NCBI GenBank assembly: GCA_950097015.1
Contig: CATNEN010000039.1
Coordinates: 14,198,001-14,262,000, forward strand
DNA from: Macrostomum hystrix
Taxonomy: Eukaryota; Animalia; Platyhelminthes
Direction: 5' to 3'
Length of the DNA stretch: 64,000 bases
The notes under the pieces were generated by a model, which did no database searches, was not told the origin of the DNA, and saw nothing but the letters and a program-made list of their open reading frames with translations. This document shows positions 18,958 through 31,790 of this stretch, piece by piece. The first letter of the stretch is position 1. Every line of letters starts with the position of its first letter. Position numbers and translations under genes: made by a program.

Positions 18958-19705
18958 AGAACTGAAGGCTCTGAAGGAAAGCCTGAAGAGACAGCTACCT
19001 AAGAACTGAAGGTTCTGAAGGATAGCCTGAAGAGACAGCTACCTAAGAACTGAAGGTTCTGAAGGATAGCCTGAAGAGACAGCTACCTAAGAACTGAAGG
19101 TTCTGAAGGATAGCCTGAAGAGACAGCTACCTAAGAACTGAAGGCTCTGAAGGAAAGCCTGAAGAGACAGCTACCTGAGAACTAAAGGCTCTGAAGGATA
19201 GCCTGAAGAGACAGCTACCGGAGAACTGAAGGTTCTGAAGGATAGCCTGAAGAGACAGCTACCTAAGAACTGAAGGTTCTGAAGGATAGCCTGAAGAGAC
19301 AGCTACCTGAGAACTAAAGGCTCTGAAGGATAGCCTGAAGAGACAGCTACCTAAGAACTGAAGGTTCTGAAGGATAGCCTGAAGAGACAGCTACCTGAGA
19401 ACTAAAGGCTCTGAAGGATAGCCTGAAGAGACAGCTACCTAAGAACTGAAGGTTCTGAAGGATAGCCTGAAGAGACAGCTACCTAAGAACTGAAGGCTCT
19501 GAAGGAAAGCCTGAAGAGACAGCTACCTAAGAACTGAAGGTTCTGAAGGATAGCCTGAAGAGACAGCTACCTAAGAACTGAAGGTTCTGAAGGAAAGCCT
19601 GAAGAGACAGCTACCGGAGAACTGAAGGTTCTGAAGGAAAGCCTGAAGAGATTAGCTACCGGAGAACTGAAGGTTCTGAAGGAAAGCCTGAAGAGATTAG
19701 CTACC
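18958..19705 (+). repeat. 44-bp minisatellite; also at 35628-36505
   Basis: AGAACTGAAGGTTCTGAAGGATAGCCTGAAGAGACAGCTACCTA units. Confidence 0.95.
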
Positions 19706-20477
19706 AGTGACGCCATAATTGTGCAAAAAACACTCGCGCTACCCCACGCCAGTCTGCCGAGGCGTCAACAACATCCCGGAGGCTGAAGCTCGGCCTGCTG
19801 ACCGCAACCTTCTTGGCTCTGCTGGGAATTCTGATTTCCCTCTCTGTACTCATCGCTCAGCTGGCCTCAGCTCCGCGGCCGACGCCTCCGCCGATGCTGA
19901 GCACCCCGCGGCCTACTCAACGTCCAGCGCCGGCGGAGCAGCGAATCGACTGCCTGTTCGACTATCGACAACTGCCCGGCGGTGCCAGTCGAGCTAATTG
20001 CGAACGACGCGGCTGCCACTTTGACGATATCGGAGCTAACGATCTGAACGCGCCCCGCTGCTTTTTTCCGGAACAATCTGATCTGCTGGGCTACGAGCTT
20101 GTCGAAATGGTTGAGAACCGAGACGGCCTGACGGCTACGTTGCAACTGCGGGATGGCGACTCCGACGGGCAGCTGTTTAGAGGCGGCCTGCCGTATCTCC
20201 GGCTGCTGGTGACTCATCTGTCCGATTCTACAGTTCGAATTAAGGTTGGCGCAGTTAATTTCGCAGTATCCAATGGTATCAGTTAGTCTATGGCCAAACT
20301 CCAGTCGCTACGAAGTCCCGGTGCCGCTACATCTGCCACAGTCGGGAACGGAGAGGCCGCGCTATCGAGTCACCGTCCAGAAGCAGCCCTTCAGCTTTCG
20401 GGTTACACGGAGATCCACCGGCGCTGTTTTGTGAGCTTGAACGCTTTTTCTTTGGGTCTCAAACTTCACCTCTCACT

Positions 20478-21000
20478 GTTCCCCTCCCTTCCTCTTCCCA
20501 ATGTACATCCCCCTCTCCCCAATGTTCCCCTCCCTTCCTCTTCAAATTGTACATCCCTCCTCTCCCCAATGTTCCCCTCCCTTCCTCTTCCCAATGTACA
20601 CCCCCCTCTCCCCAATGTTCCCCTCCCTTCCTCTTCCCAATGTACATCCCCCTCTCCCCAATGTTTCTCTCCCTTCCTCTTCCCAATGTACACCCCCTCT
20701 CCCCAATGTTTATCTCCCTTCCTCTTCCCAATGTACATCCCCTCTCCCCAATGTTTATCTCCCTTCCTCTTCCCAATGTACATCCCCTCTCCCCAATGTT
20801 CCCCTCCCTTCCTCTTCCCAATGTACACCCCCTCTCCCCAGTGTACCACTCCCTTCCTCTTCACAATGTACACCCCCTCTCACCAATGTTTATCTCCCTT
20901 CCTCTTCCCAATGTACACCCCCTCTCCCCAGTGTACCACTCCCTTCCTCTTCACAATGTACACCCCCTCTCACCAGTGTACCACTCCCTCCGCCTCCCCA
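20478..21000 (+). repeat. ~39-40-bp pyrimidine-rich intronic minisatellite; also at 37279-37700
   Basis: CCCTTCCTCTTCCCAATGTACACCCCCTCTCCCCAATGTT units. Confidence 0.9.
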
Positions 21001-21279
21001 AGTATGCTATCTATAGTTTCTATTTGAGCACGCCAAATTGAGCTCAGAAGTGTCTCCATTCTCAGGTTCAACCTGGTGCCGGCAGCCTTCATCTACGCTG
21101 ATCAGCTAATCCAGCTAGCCACCGACCTGCCCAGCAAAAAGCTGCTCGGTTTTGGCGAGACTGTGAAGCCCCGCTTGCTAATCCAACTGGACAAATTTCG
21201 AACCTGGGCACTCTTTGCCCGAGATGAACCTGTGTTTAATGTGAGGCAAATCGGCATTCAAATTAAAGCTTGTACCGAT

Positions 21280-22480
21280 CCTGACACATAGTGACACACC
21301 CTGACACATATACCCATCCTGACACAAATTGACCCATCCTGAAATACTTTAACCTATACTGACCCACCCTGACACATCTTGACGCACCCTGACACATATT
21401 GACCCACCGTGACACATCTTGACCCACCCTGACGCATCTTGACGCACACTGACACATCTTGACGCACCCTGACACATCTTGACCCACCCTGACACCCATT
21501 AACCCACCCTGACACATGTTGACCCATCTTGACATACCCTGACACATCTTGACATATCCTGACACATCTTGACCCACCCTGACACACCTTGACCCATCCG
21601 GAAACACCTTAACCTATCCTGACACATCTTGACTAATCTTGACATACCCTGAACCATCCTGAGACATCTTGACGCACCCTGACACATCTTGACCAATACT
21701 TACACATCTTGACCCATCCTGACACATCTTAACCCATTCTGACACAAGTTGACCCACTCTAACACATCTTGACCCATCCTGACACATCTTGACTCATCCT
21801 GACACATCTTGACCCATCCGGAAACACATTAACCTATCCTGACACATCTTGACTAATCTTGACATACCCTGAACCATCCTGAGACATCTTGACGCACCCT
21901 GACACATCTTGACCAATACTTACACATCTTGACCCATCCTGACACATCTTAACCCATTCTGACACAAGTTGACCCACTCTAACACATCTTGACCCATCCT
22001 GACACATCTTGACTCATCCTGACAAATCTTGACCCATCCGGAAACACATTAACCTATCCTGACACATCTTGACTAATCTTGACATACCCTGAACCATCCT
22101 GAGACATCTTGACGCACCCTGACACATCTTGACCAATACTTACACATCTTGACCCATCCTGACACATCTTAACCCATTCTGACACAAGTTGACCCACTCT
22201 AACACATCTTGACCCATCCTGACACATCTTGACTCATCCTGACACATCTTGACCCATCCGGAAACACATTAACCTATCCTGACACATCTTGACTAATCTT
22301 GACATACCCTGAACCATCCTGAGACATCTTGACGCACCCTGACACATCTTGACCAATACTTACACATCTTGACCCATCCTGACACATCTTAACCCATTCT
22401 GACACAAGTTGACCCACTCTAACACATCTTGACCCATCCTGACACATCTTGACTCATCCTGACAAATCTTGACCCATCCC
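21280..22480 (+). repeat. 10/20-bp intronic minisatellite with a 220-bp higher-order repeat; also at 37979-38740
   Basis: GACACATCTT/GACCCATCCT units. GACCCATCCGGAAACAC recurs at 21591, 21811, 22031 and 22251. Confidence 0.92.
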
Positions 22481-22764
22481 TGACTAATCCGACATCCAAA
22501 TGTGATAATCTGACCAGTCCCTGACCTGACCCGTCCTACCTAACTAACAGGAGCAGCGCAATCACTACGGAGTGCACCCGTTCTACATGAGTCTTGAACA
22601 AGATAACAGTGCTCACGGTGCACTACTCTGGAACAGCAACGCCATGGGTGAGCATTGAAGTCAGAGTTCACTGCTACTTATTGATGGTTTAACTGGTGGC
22701 TATCTGTATTTTTCACTGATGGGTCACTGAAAAAAGGTTTGGAAAACAACAGGTTAACGAATGT

Positions 22765-23270
22765 ATCAGTCAGACAGGTGACAGAATCAGTCAGACAGGT
22801 GACAGAATCAGTCAGACAGGTGACAGAATCAGTCAGACAGGTGACAGAATCAGTCAGACAGGTGACAGAATCAATCAGACAGGTGACAGAATCAATCAGA
22901 CAGGTGACAGAATCAATCAGACAGGTGACAGAATCAATCAGACAGGTGACAGAATCAATCAGACAGGTGACAGAATCAATCAGACAGGTGACAGAATCAA
23001 TCAGACAGGTGACAGAGTCAGTCAGACAGGTGACAGAATCAGTCAGACAGGTGACAGAATCAGTCAGACAGGTGACAGAATCAGTCAGACAGGTGACAGA
23101 ATCAGTCAGACAGGTGACAGAATCAGTCAGACAGGTGACAGAATCTGTCAGACAGGTGACAGAATCAGTCAGACAGGTGACAGAATCTGTCAGACAGGTG
23201 ACAGAATCAGTCAGACGGGTGACAGAATCTGTCAGACGGGTGACAGAATCAGTCAGACAGGTGACAGAAT
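22765..23270 (+). repeat. 21-bp intronic minisatellite; also at 39025-39488
   Basis: CAGACAGGTGACAGAATCAGT units. Confidence 0.95.
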
Positions 23271-23786
23271 CTTTCATCCCAATCCTTGCAGAGTTTGTGA
23301 CCAGCCCTGGTCCACGCCTAATGTATCGAACCACCGGAGGTGTCCTGGACCTGTTCATGTTCCTTGGCCCGGACCCGGAGTCAGTTGCTACGCAATACCA
23401 TCAGCTGATTGGGCAGCCAAATTTGCCACCCTACTGGAGTCTGGGATTTCACATTAGTCGCTATGGTTACCGCAGCCTTAGCCAGATTAACGAAACGCTT
23501 TCTAGGAATCGCGCAATCGGCCTGCCGATCGACGCTGTACACCTAGATATTGATCACCTGGACCAGAGGCGAGTGTTCACCCTTGATCCAATCAACTATG
23601 CCGGCCTGTACAGCTATCTGGTTGATCAGAGAAATCAATACGGATTGAGGAATATAGCCATTCTGGTGCGCCAGTCTGTTCCTACTTCTACTCTTTCTTA
23701 GAAAAAGGGATGAAAAAACAAAGGAAAAGAACTGTTGAAGAGATTTGAAAAAAATATAGAATGATCAATTGAAAATTAGAGTTGAC

Positions 23787-24452
23787 GAAGTGAGAAGGGA
23801 GATTGGGAAGTGAGGGGAGATTGAGAAGTTAGGCGGGAGATTGGGAAGTGAGAGTGGAGATTGGGAAGTGAGAGAGGAGATTGGGAAGTGAGAGAGGAAA
23901 TTGGGAAGTGAGGGGAGATTGAGAAGTGAGAGGAGAGATTGGGAAGTGCGAAAAAAAGATTGGGAAGTGAGAGAGGAGATTGGGAAGTGAGAGGGGAGAT
24001 TGGGAAGTGAGAGGGGAGATTGGGAAGTGAGAGGGGAGATTGGGAAGTGGGAGAGGAGATTGGGAAGTGAGAGGTAGGATTGGGAAGTGAGAGGGGGGAT
24101 TGGGAAGTGAGGGGAGATTGAGAAGTGAGAGAGGAGATTGGGAAGTGAGAGGGGAGATTGGGAAGTGAGAGGGGAGATTGGGAAGTGAGATGGGAGATTG
24201 GGAAGTGAGAGGGGAGATTGGGAAGTGAGAGAGGAGATTGGAAAGTGAGAGGGGATTGGGAAGTGAGAGGGGAGATTGGAAAGTGAGAGGGGATTGGGAA
24301 GTGAGAGGGGAGATTGGGAAGTGAGATAGGAGATTGGGAAGTGAGAGAGGAGATTGGAAAGTGAGAGGGGATTGGGAAGTGAGATAGGAGATTGGGAAGT
24401 GAGAGAGGAGATTGGAAAGTGATAGGGGATTGGGAAGTGAGAGAGGAGATTG
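23787..24452 (+). repeat. 18-20-bp purine-rich intronic minisatellite; also at 40005-40831
   Basis: GAGATTGGGAAGTGAGAGGG units. Confidence 0.95.
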
Positions 24453-24742
24453 ATGGAATAGATGGATTTTAGCCTTAAAACGTTACAAGCTTCAAGTTGA
24501 CATTCTTTCTCCACTTTATTCGCATTCGAAGAATCCGGTGGTTGTCATCAACTCTACCGGCTATCGGCCCTTCGAGTTAGGCCGCCAAATGGACACTTTT
24601 GTGCGTTGGCGATCGGCTGACGAAATGCCGCCGGGGGATTTCGACTTTCTTAACGACACTGTGCTGCTGGGTTACGTGAGTTTTAATTAACGCATTTCGT
24701 CACCTACTTTAGGGAACGTTGCGCTGCATTAACTTTAAAAAG

Positions 24743-25630
24743 TTTCCGTTACTTTGATGCCTTCCGTTACTTTGATGCCTTCTGTTAATTTGGTGCCATC
24801 CGTTTATTAGATTCCTTCCGTTATTTTGATTCCTTTCGTTACTGTGATGCCTTCTGGTACTTTGACGGCTTTCCGTTACTTTGAAGCCATCCGTTCCTTA
24901 GATACCTTCCGTTACTTTGATGTCTCCTGTTCCGTTTCGTGTTCTGGTTCTTTTGTGTGTTTTGTAATTTTTTTCTTTTAATTTATTTGATGCCTTCCGT
25001 TACTTTGATGCCTTTCGTTACTTTAATTCATTTCGTTACTTTGTTGCATTTCGTTACTTTGATGCCATCTATTAATTTGATGCCTTCCGTTAATTTGAAT
25101 TCTTCCGTTTTTTTATTCCTTCTGCTACTTTGATGCCTTTCGTTACTCAGATGCATACCGTTACTTTAATTGCTTCCGTTACTTTGTTGCCTACCGTTAC
25201 TTTATGTCTTCCGTTCCTTTTTTGTATTCTGTTATTTTTTGGTTTTTTAATATTGTTTAATTCCTTTTGTTGCTCTGATGAATTTCGTTACTTTGATCCA
25301 TTCTGCCCTATTTTTTCTTCCGTTATTTTTATGTATTTTATTGTAGTTTTTTCTTTATTTTATTTTCGTTGCTTTGATGGCGTTACTTTGATGTCGTCAG
25401 TTACTTCTATGTATTCCTTTATTTTTCATATTTTAGGTACCATGATATCTTCTTATAGTTGTCTTCAGTCTTCTGTTACTCTGAAATCCTCCGTTGCTTG
25501 AAGTATTTTGTTACTGTCATAGATTCCGTTACTTTATAGTTTACGTTGCTTTTTCTCGATTACTTTAAGTCTTCCATAATATCGATATTTTCCTTTGCTT
25601 TTAAACCTTCAGTAACTTTCTTCCGTTACT
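24743..25630 (+). repeat. Degenerate ~18-bp intronic minisatellite; also at 41123-42009
   Basis: Decayed TTCCGTTACTTTGATGCC units. Confidence 0.8.
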
Positions 25631-26391
25631 GCGCCAAGGCTCGTGAGTAAAATTCTATTTATTTTCAGGTGTGGCCCAGTGGAAAAGTTGCTTTCGTCGA
25701 CTTCTTCAAGAACTCCTCGGTGGAGTACTGGACCCAGCTAATTCAGGAGCACCAGAGCGGTGGTGTGCCATTTGACGGAATCTGGCTGGTTAGCGCATAA
25801 GCTACTTCTAAGTAGCAAGTTACGATAAACAAGTTCAGATTCAAAATTACAATTAAATTTATTCTTTCTCCCTCCGCCCAGGACATGAACGAGCCGGCCA
25901 ACTTTGGTACAAACGAGAAGAAGCCGTGGAATTGGCCGGAGCATGAGACGCCCTACTGGAGTCTGAAGTGCGACAACAGCTCATTGCTTGAGATGCCGCC
26001 GTACAGGCCTAGTGAGCATATTTGAATCGCTGATTTTCTTAAGTCGTCGCTTTTGAATTTCGCCGATTAAAAATTCCAAGAACGAAATTTCCATTAAAAG
26101 GCGCCGTTTATTTTTGGGACTCGGAGCACGACTCAAAAATTGCCCAACTGTCAGACAAATCAATCTGCATGTACACTCAGCACACACTGGATAGTGACGT
26201 CTGGGTTAGGCAGCAGCAGCAGTTGCACTACAATGTCCACAGTCTCTACGGCTACGCCATGGAGTCGGCGACTCGACGGGCCCTGAGCCAATCAGCGCCA
26301 GGCCGTCGGAAACCGATCGTCAGCCGGTCGAATTATCCCGGCAATTATTAGCTCCTTTAGTAGGTTTCCAACGTATTTACGCGAAATACGG

Positions 26392-27523
26392 TAGCTGTCA
26401 AAGTAAAAGGTGTATTAGCTGTCAAAGTAACAGGTGTACTATCTGTCAAAGCAACAGGTGTATTAGCTGTCAAAGCAACATGTGTATTAGCTGTCAAAGT
26501 AACAGGTGTATTAGCTGTCAAAGTAACAGGTGTATTAGCTGTCAAAGCAACAGGTGTATTATCTGTCAAAGTAACATGTGTATTAGCTGTCAAAGTAACA
26601 GGTGTATTACCTGTCAAAGCAACAGGTGTATTATCTGTCAAAGCAACAGGTGTATTAGCTGTCAAAGTAACAGGTGTATTAGCTGTCAAAGCAACAGGTG
26701 TATTATCTGTCAAAGCAACAGGTGTATTAGCTGTCAAAGTAACAGGTGTATTAGCTGTCAAAGTAACAGGTGTACTAGCTGTCAAAGCAACAGGTGTATT
26801 AGCTGTCAAAGTAACAGGTGTACTAGCTGTCAAAGTAACAGGTGTACTAGCTGTCAAAGTAACAGGTGTATTAGCTGTCAAAGTAACAGGTGTACTAGCT
26901 GTCAAAGTAACAGGTGTATTAGCTGTCAAAGCAACAGGTGTATTAGCTGTCAAAGCAACAGGTGTATTAGCTGTCAAAGTAACAGGTGTATTAGCTGTCA
27001 AAGTAACAGGTGTATTAGCTGTCAAAGCAACAGGTGTATTATCTGTCAAAGTAACATGTGTATTAGCTGTCAAAGTAACAGGTGTATTACCTGTCAAAGC
27101 AACAGGTGTATTATCTGTCAAAGCAACAGGTGTATTAGCTGTCAAAGTAACAGGTGTATTAGCTGTCAAAGCAACAGGTGTATTATCTGTCAAAGCAACA
27201 GGTGTATTAGCTGTCAAAGTAACAGGTGTATTAGCTGTCAAAGTAACAGGTGTACTAGCTGTCAAAGCAACAGGTGTATTAGCTGTCAAAGTAACAGGTG
27301 TACTAGCTGTCAAAGTAACAGGTGTACTAGCTGTCAAAGTAACAGGTGTATTAGCTGTCAAAGTAACAGGTGTACTAGCTGTCAAAGTAACAGGTGTATT
27401 AGCTGTCAAAGCAACAGGTGTATTAGCTGTCAAAGCAACAGGTGTATTAGCTGTCAAAGCAACAGGTGTATTAGCTGTCAAAGTAACAGGTGTATTAGCT
27501 GTCAAAGTAACAGGTGTATTAGC
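26392..27523 (+). repeat. 24-bp intronic minisatellite with a 480-bp internal duplication; also at 42772-43232
   Basis: GCTGTCAAAGTAACAGGTGTATTA units. Confidence 0.95.
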
Positions 27524-27849
27524 TCCTTTAGTAGGTTTCCACCGTATTTACAACACACGCGGCAGCTATTTTGCCAAGCAGCTGATAGTAATGTCAAAGA
27601 CTTGACCTACAACACCGCAGGATCAGGACCCGGCTGTGTATCAGCAGGTGTGTCCCCAGTGTGTCCAACAAATGGTTCGGGTCGTTCGACAGCGATACAG
27701 GCTTAATCCGCACCTGTACACCCTGTTTCACCGGGCTCACAGGCATGGCGGCACTGTGGTCAGACTCCTGTTTTTTAAGCGAGCCGACCTAAATTTAAAT
27801 TTTATTGAAACTTAAATTTCATTTTTCATATTCTATTATGTGATTCTCC

Positions 27850-28100
27850 ATCTCACCTTATGAGTCTTTGATTTGAGTGTTCTCAATCTCACCTGATCAG
27901 TCTTTGATTTGAGTGTTCTCAATCTCACCTGATCAGTCTTTGATTTGAGTGTTCTCAATCTCACCTGATCAGTCTTTGATTTGAGTGTTCTCAATCTCAC
28001 CTGATCAATCTCAGATCTGAGTGTTCTCAATCTCACCTGATCAGTCTTTGATCTGAGTGTTCTTAATCTCACCTGAGCAATCTCAGATTAGTGTTCTCAT
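27850..28100 (+). repeat. 39-bp minisatellite; also at 43550-43733
   Basis: TCTCACCTGATCAGTCTTTGATTTGAGTGTTCTCAA-like units. Confidence 0.9.
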
Positions 28101-28345
28101 ATATATATATAAATAATTCGGAACACATATATATGTATATTTTGTCATAAAATATGACAAGCCTGGCATGCTTGGGATTTGCAACGGAAATCGGTCAGTT
28201 TTTGTTATTGAGATTATTTGTTATTATTGAGAGGAGACTTTTGGCGCCTAGATTTTTCAGCACATTTTCAGACAGAGCTTTCAGTACATTCAGTACATTC
28301 AGTACATAAAAAATGAAAAGAAGATTCAAAATAAAATAAAAAAAT

Positions 28346-29217
28346 TCAACAACAAAACCAAATAAACTGTGCAAGCAGCATCGTTAGCAGCGTCGTGCAG
28401 CCGAGCACTACGGATACGAACAGCAAATTTTGGTGCGAAGCATCCACAGCAGTCGGGGTTGTAGTCGGGGTTGCAGGCGGAGTGTACATTCCTAATGGGA
28501 TACAATCTGATTTTTCTGCGTTTGGTCTGCATTCGTAGCGTTCAAGCATTGAATCTTTTTTTAAATGATAAGTTTTTAGTAAGGATTGAAATCTTGTAAT
28601 CCATTTTTCACAGCCGATGACGGTTTTTAAATGCAATTGAGGTACAGACCTTTTAGCAACAATTTTAAAGCACTTTTCTGATGGAGGGCAAAAAATTTCA
28701 TATGGACCTATCACTACTTCGCGTTGATCAGGATAATTGTCATTCAGCAGCCATTTCTCGTAGCGAAGGCATGGTACCAGATCACGTTCTAGATCATTGA
28801 TTAAGTTAAATACACTCGCTTTATTGCATTTATCACCCGTGCAGTCTTTGCAATATTTTGTAGCAGGACAGGCGCCACAACCATATTTCAGTAGCTAAAA
28901 AAGTTTCCGCATAGGGCAAAATTTATAGGGCAAACTGTTGCTTTATGATTTTGAATTGATATGCTAATTAAATTAGTTTAATTCATTCGGTCGCTCACCA
29001 CTTCGCGACGAAAAAATTTTGCTGAACCTTCAGGTTGATATTCCACGAAACACTTGGTGACGCTGGCAGGAGTACAATCTGTATCAGTATCGTCATTCTT
29101 ATATACAGAAAATTTTACTCTTTCATTTTTCGACCAGATACATTTAATACAATCAGCCAGCTGAATGCCTCCAAGTGCAAGAAACACGCAAACAATAACC
29201 AGCTTCATAGTCGTCAT
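28346..29217 (-). CDS. Ly6/uPAR (three-finger)-like cell-surface protein, ~255 aa, copy 1; join(29217..28999, 28894..28346)
   Basis: Signal peptide MKLVIVCVFLALGGIQLADC. Phase-0 intron GTGAGC...TTTTAG. YGCGACPATKYCKDCTGDKCN closes domain 1, followed by a second Cys-rich domain, a P/T stalk and a hydrophobic GPI/TM tail. Confidence 0.82.
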
Positions 29218-30695
29218 GATTGCCAGCTTCGATTCCGAATAGCCCAGTTAGATTTGGTCGATTAGCTGGCAGGTGGCAGTTGAACTGCAGTCAATTCTTG
29301 ATCCGATTTGCAACGGCTGAGTAGAATCGGCCAGAATGCTCAGTCGAGTGTTGTCAGTTGTTGGATTTGATTCTTCGTTTCGGGCCGCTGCCCCTTCAAT
29401 ATGCTGCAGAAAGTACAGGTGCGAGCCAGCTCGGTCTATGGCAGCGCTGGCTGACACAGGGGTGCCCGCCTTTTGTCTATGTCAAATTTCAGCTCTACTT
29501 TGCTTTTTTCATGCATGACTTTTCTGAGAAGAACATTTGTGTTGTACTATTAGAAATCTCTCTAGCTTATTGGAGTTTCTCTCTAACTAAAGTATTGCAC
29601 TTTACAAGCATCGAATGTATGTTTCCCATGGGCCCACATTTGACAGACTTTTTAGACACAGCCAGGTTAACGAAAACAAGTTAATTTTCTTCAATCACAT
29701 CAAATCGTTCTTTCTCAGATTCATCCGCACCTCAGATCCCACGTCCTATACCACAGATCCCATATCCCAGAAAATACATCCAATATGGGATGCCGCTGAT
29801 CCTACATCCGAGATCCTTTATCTCATTCGACAGACCTCAGATCCCAAATCGCAGATCCTGAATCGCACATTCCGAAACGTGATTGAAAAAGCACTTTTAA
29901 GTTCCAATCAACCCGAATAATAATAGAGAGCGGAGGGACAGGATTTTGAAGTGTCTGGGTGGGGTCTCACAATGAGTCATGCTCACGGGATCGTCTACAC
30001 TGCTCTTACCACCACTTTGCAAAACGATGCTGCGGAAGCAACGACTGACAAGACTGAAGAGGCACAAAAAAGATATTAGACATTGAGGCCTTGGCAACAA
30101 GACATTATAGTTGAGACACGCTTAGAAGATGAGACAGTGGAGAGATGAGACGGACAAAAAGTTAAAGGGGAGAAATGAGAGAGGAAAAATAAATTGATGA
30201 GACACGAGAGATATGTGACACCATCTTAGATAAGATTTCTTGTCTGGGTTCTCTAACAGTCTTGGTATCTAACAGTCATGGGTGTCTAACAGTCTTGGGT
30301 GTCTAACAGTCTTGGGTGTCTAACAGTCTTGGGTGTCTAACAGTCTTGGGTGTCTAACAGTCTTGGGTCTCTAACAGTCTTGGGTGTCTGTTTGTGTAGC
30401 CTATTTCGGGTCAATGTGTGCCTCAGTTTTGCAGTTTTAACTCTCTTTTTCGTCTGGGCAAAAGTTATAGCTTTGCTTCGTTCGTGTGCAATAAAACGCT
30501 TATATAGCTCACAGGAACGCTATCAACAAAGAACTGACGGCATAGAGAAGCAGCTGAGAGTTTCTTGTGTCAGGCAATTTTATTGAAGGAAGGACTTAGA
30601 AGCCGTTGAGTACAACAGGCATTGCTGCTCGCATATAAGTGCATAAGAAGGTCGATTACGTCAACCTCGTTTGACCCACTCACAAACCCTGCAAG

Positions 30696-31790
30696 AGCAG
30701 CAGCAGCAGCAACAACCCTATCTGCATCCTTTACAGAAACAGCAGCAGCAGCAACTACAACCCTATCTGCATCCTTTACAGAAACAGCAACAGCAGCAGC
30801 AACTACAACCCTATCTGCATCCTTTACAGAAACAGCAGCAGCAGCAGCAACTACAACCCTATCTGCATCCATTTCAGAAACAGCAGCAGCAGCAGCAACT
30901 ACAACCCTATCTGCATCCTTTACAGAAACAGCAAAAGCAGCAGCAACTACAACCCTATCTGCATCCTTTACAGAAACAGCAACAGCAGCAGCAACTACAA
31001 CCCTATCTGCATCCTTTACAGAAACAGCAACAGCAGCAGCAACTACAACCCTATCTGCATCCTTTACAGAAACAGCAGCAGCAGCAGCAACTACAACCCT
31101 ATCTGCATCCATTTCAGAAACAGCAACAGCAGCAGCAACTACAACCCTATCTGCATCCTTTACAGAAACAGCAACAGCAGCAGCAACTACAACCCTATCT
31201 GCATCCTTTACAGAAACAGCAACAGCAGCAGCAACTACAACCCTATCTGCATCCATTTCAGAAACAGCAGCAGCAGCAGCAACTGCAACCCTATCTGCAT
31301 CCTTTACAGAAACAGCAGCAGCAGCAGCAACTACAACCCTATCTGCATCCATTACAGAAACAGCAGCAGCAGCAACTACAACCCTATCTGCATCCATTAC
31401 AGAAACAGCAGCAGCAGCAACTACAACCCTATCTGCATCCTTTACAGAAACAGCAGCAGCAGCAACTACAACCCTATCTGCATCCATTTCAGAAACAGCA
31501 GCAGCAGCAACTACAACCCTATCTGCATCCATTACAGAAACAGCAGCAGCAGCAACTACAACCCTATCTGCATCCTTTACAGAAACAGCAGCAGCAGCAG
31601 CAACTACAACCCTATCTGCATCCTTTACAGAAACAGCAGCAGCAGCAGCAACTACAACCCTATCTGCATCCATTACAGAAACAGCAGCAGCAGCAACTAC
31701 AACCCTATCTGCAGCCATTACAGAAACAGCAGCAGCAGCAGCAACTACAACCCTATCTGCATACATTTTGAAACAGCAGCAGCAGCAGCA
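30696..31790 (+). repeat. 45/48-bp CAG-containing minisatellite, U1
   Basis: Same unit as 1406-1860. Confidence 0.95.

Larger units (their letters stand above)
19711..27778 (+). pseudogene. GH31 alpha-glucosidase (maltase-glucoamylase/sucrase-isomaltase-like), truncated copy 1
   Basis: Exons ~19711-20244 (TM, P/T stalk, trefoil), ~20288-20430, 21066-21240, 22551-22647 (YGVHPFY), 23292-23665 (PPYWSLGFH), 24532-24675, 25669-25788, 25882-26011 (WL|DMNEP nucleophile), 26101-26340 (HSLYG) and 27621-27778 (RYRLNPHLYTLF). No in-frame ATG upstream of the TM segment; the acid/base segment and C-terminal domains are absent. Confidence 0.88.

Noticed and set aside
22678-23291. (RQVTESV)n extension of the GH31 ORF
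   Set aside because: Intronic 21-bp repeat; the true exon starts at the acceptor at 23291/23292.
26357-27706. Cys-rich (CISCQSNR)n and (TANTPVTL)n ORFs
   Set aside because: Translations of the 24-bp minisatellite inside a GH31 intron.
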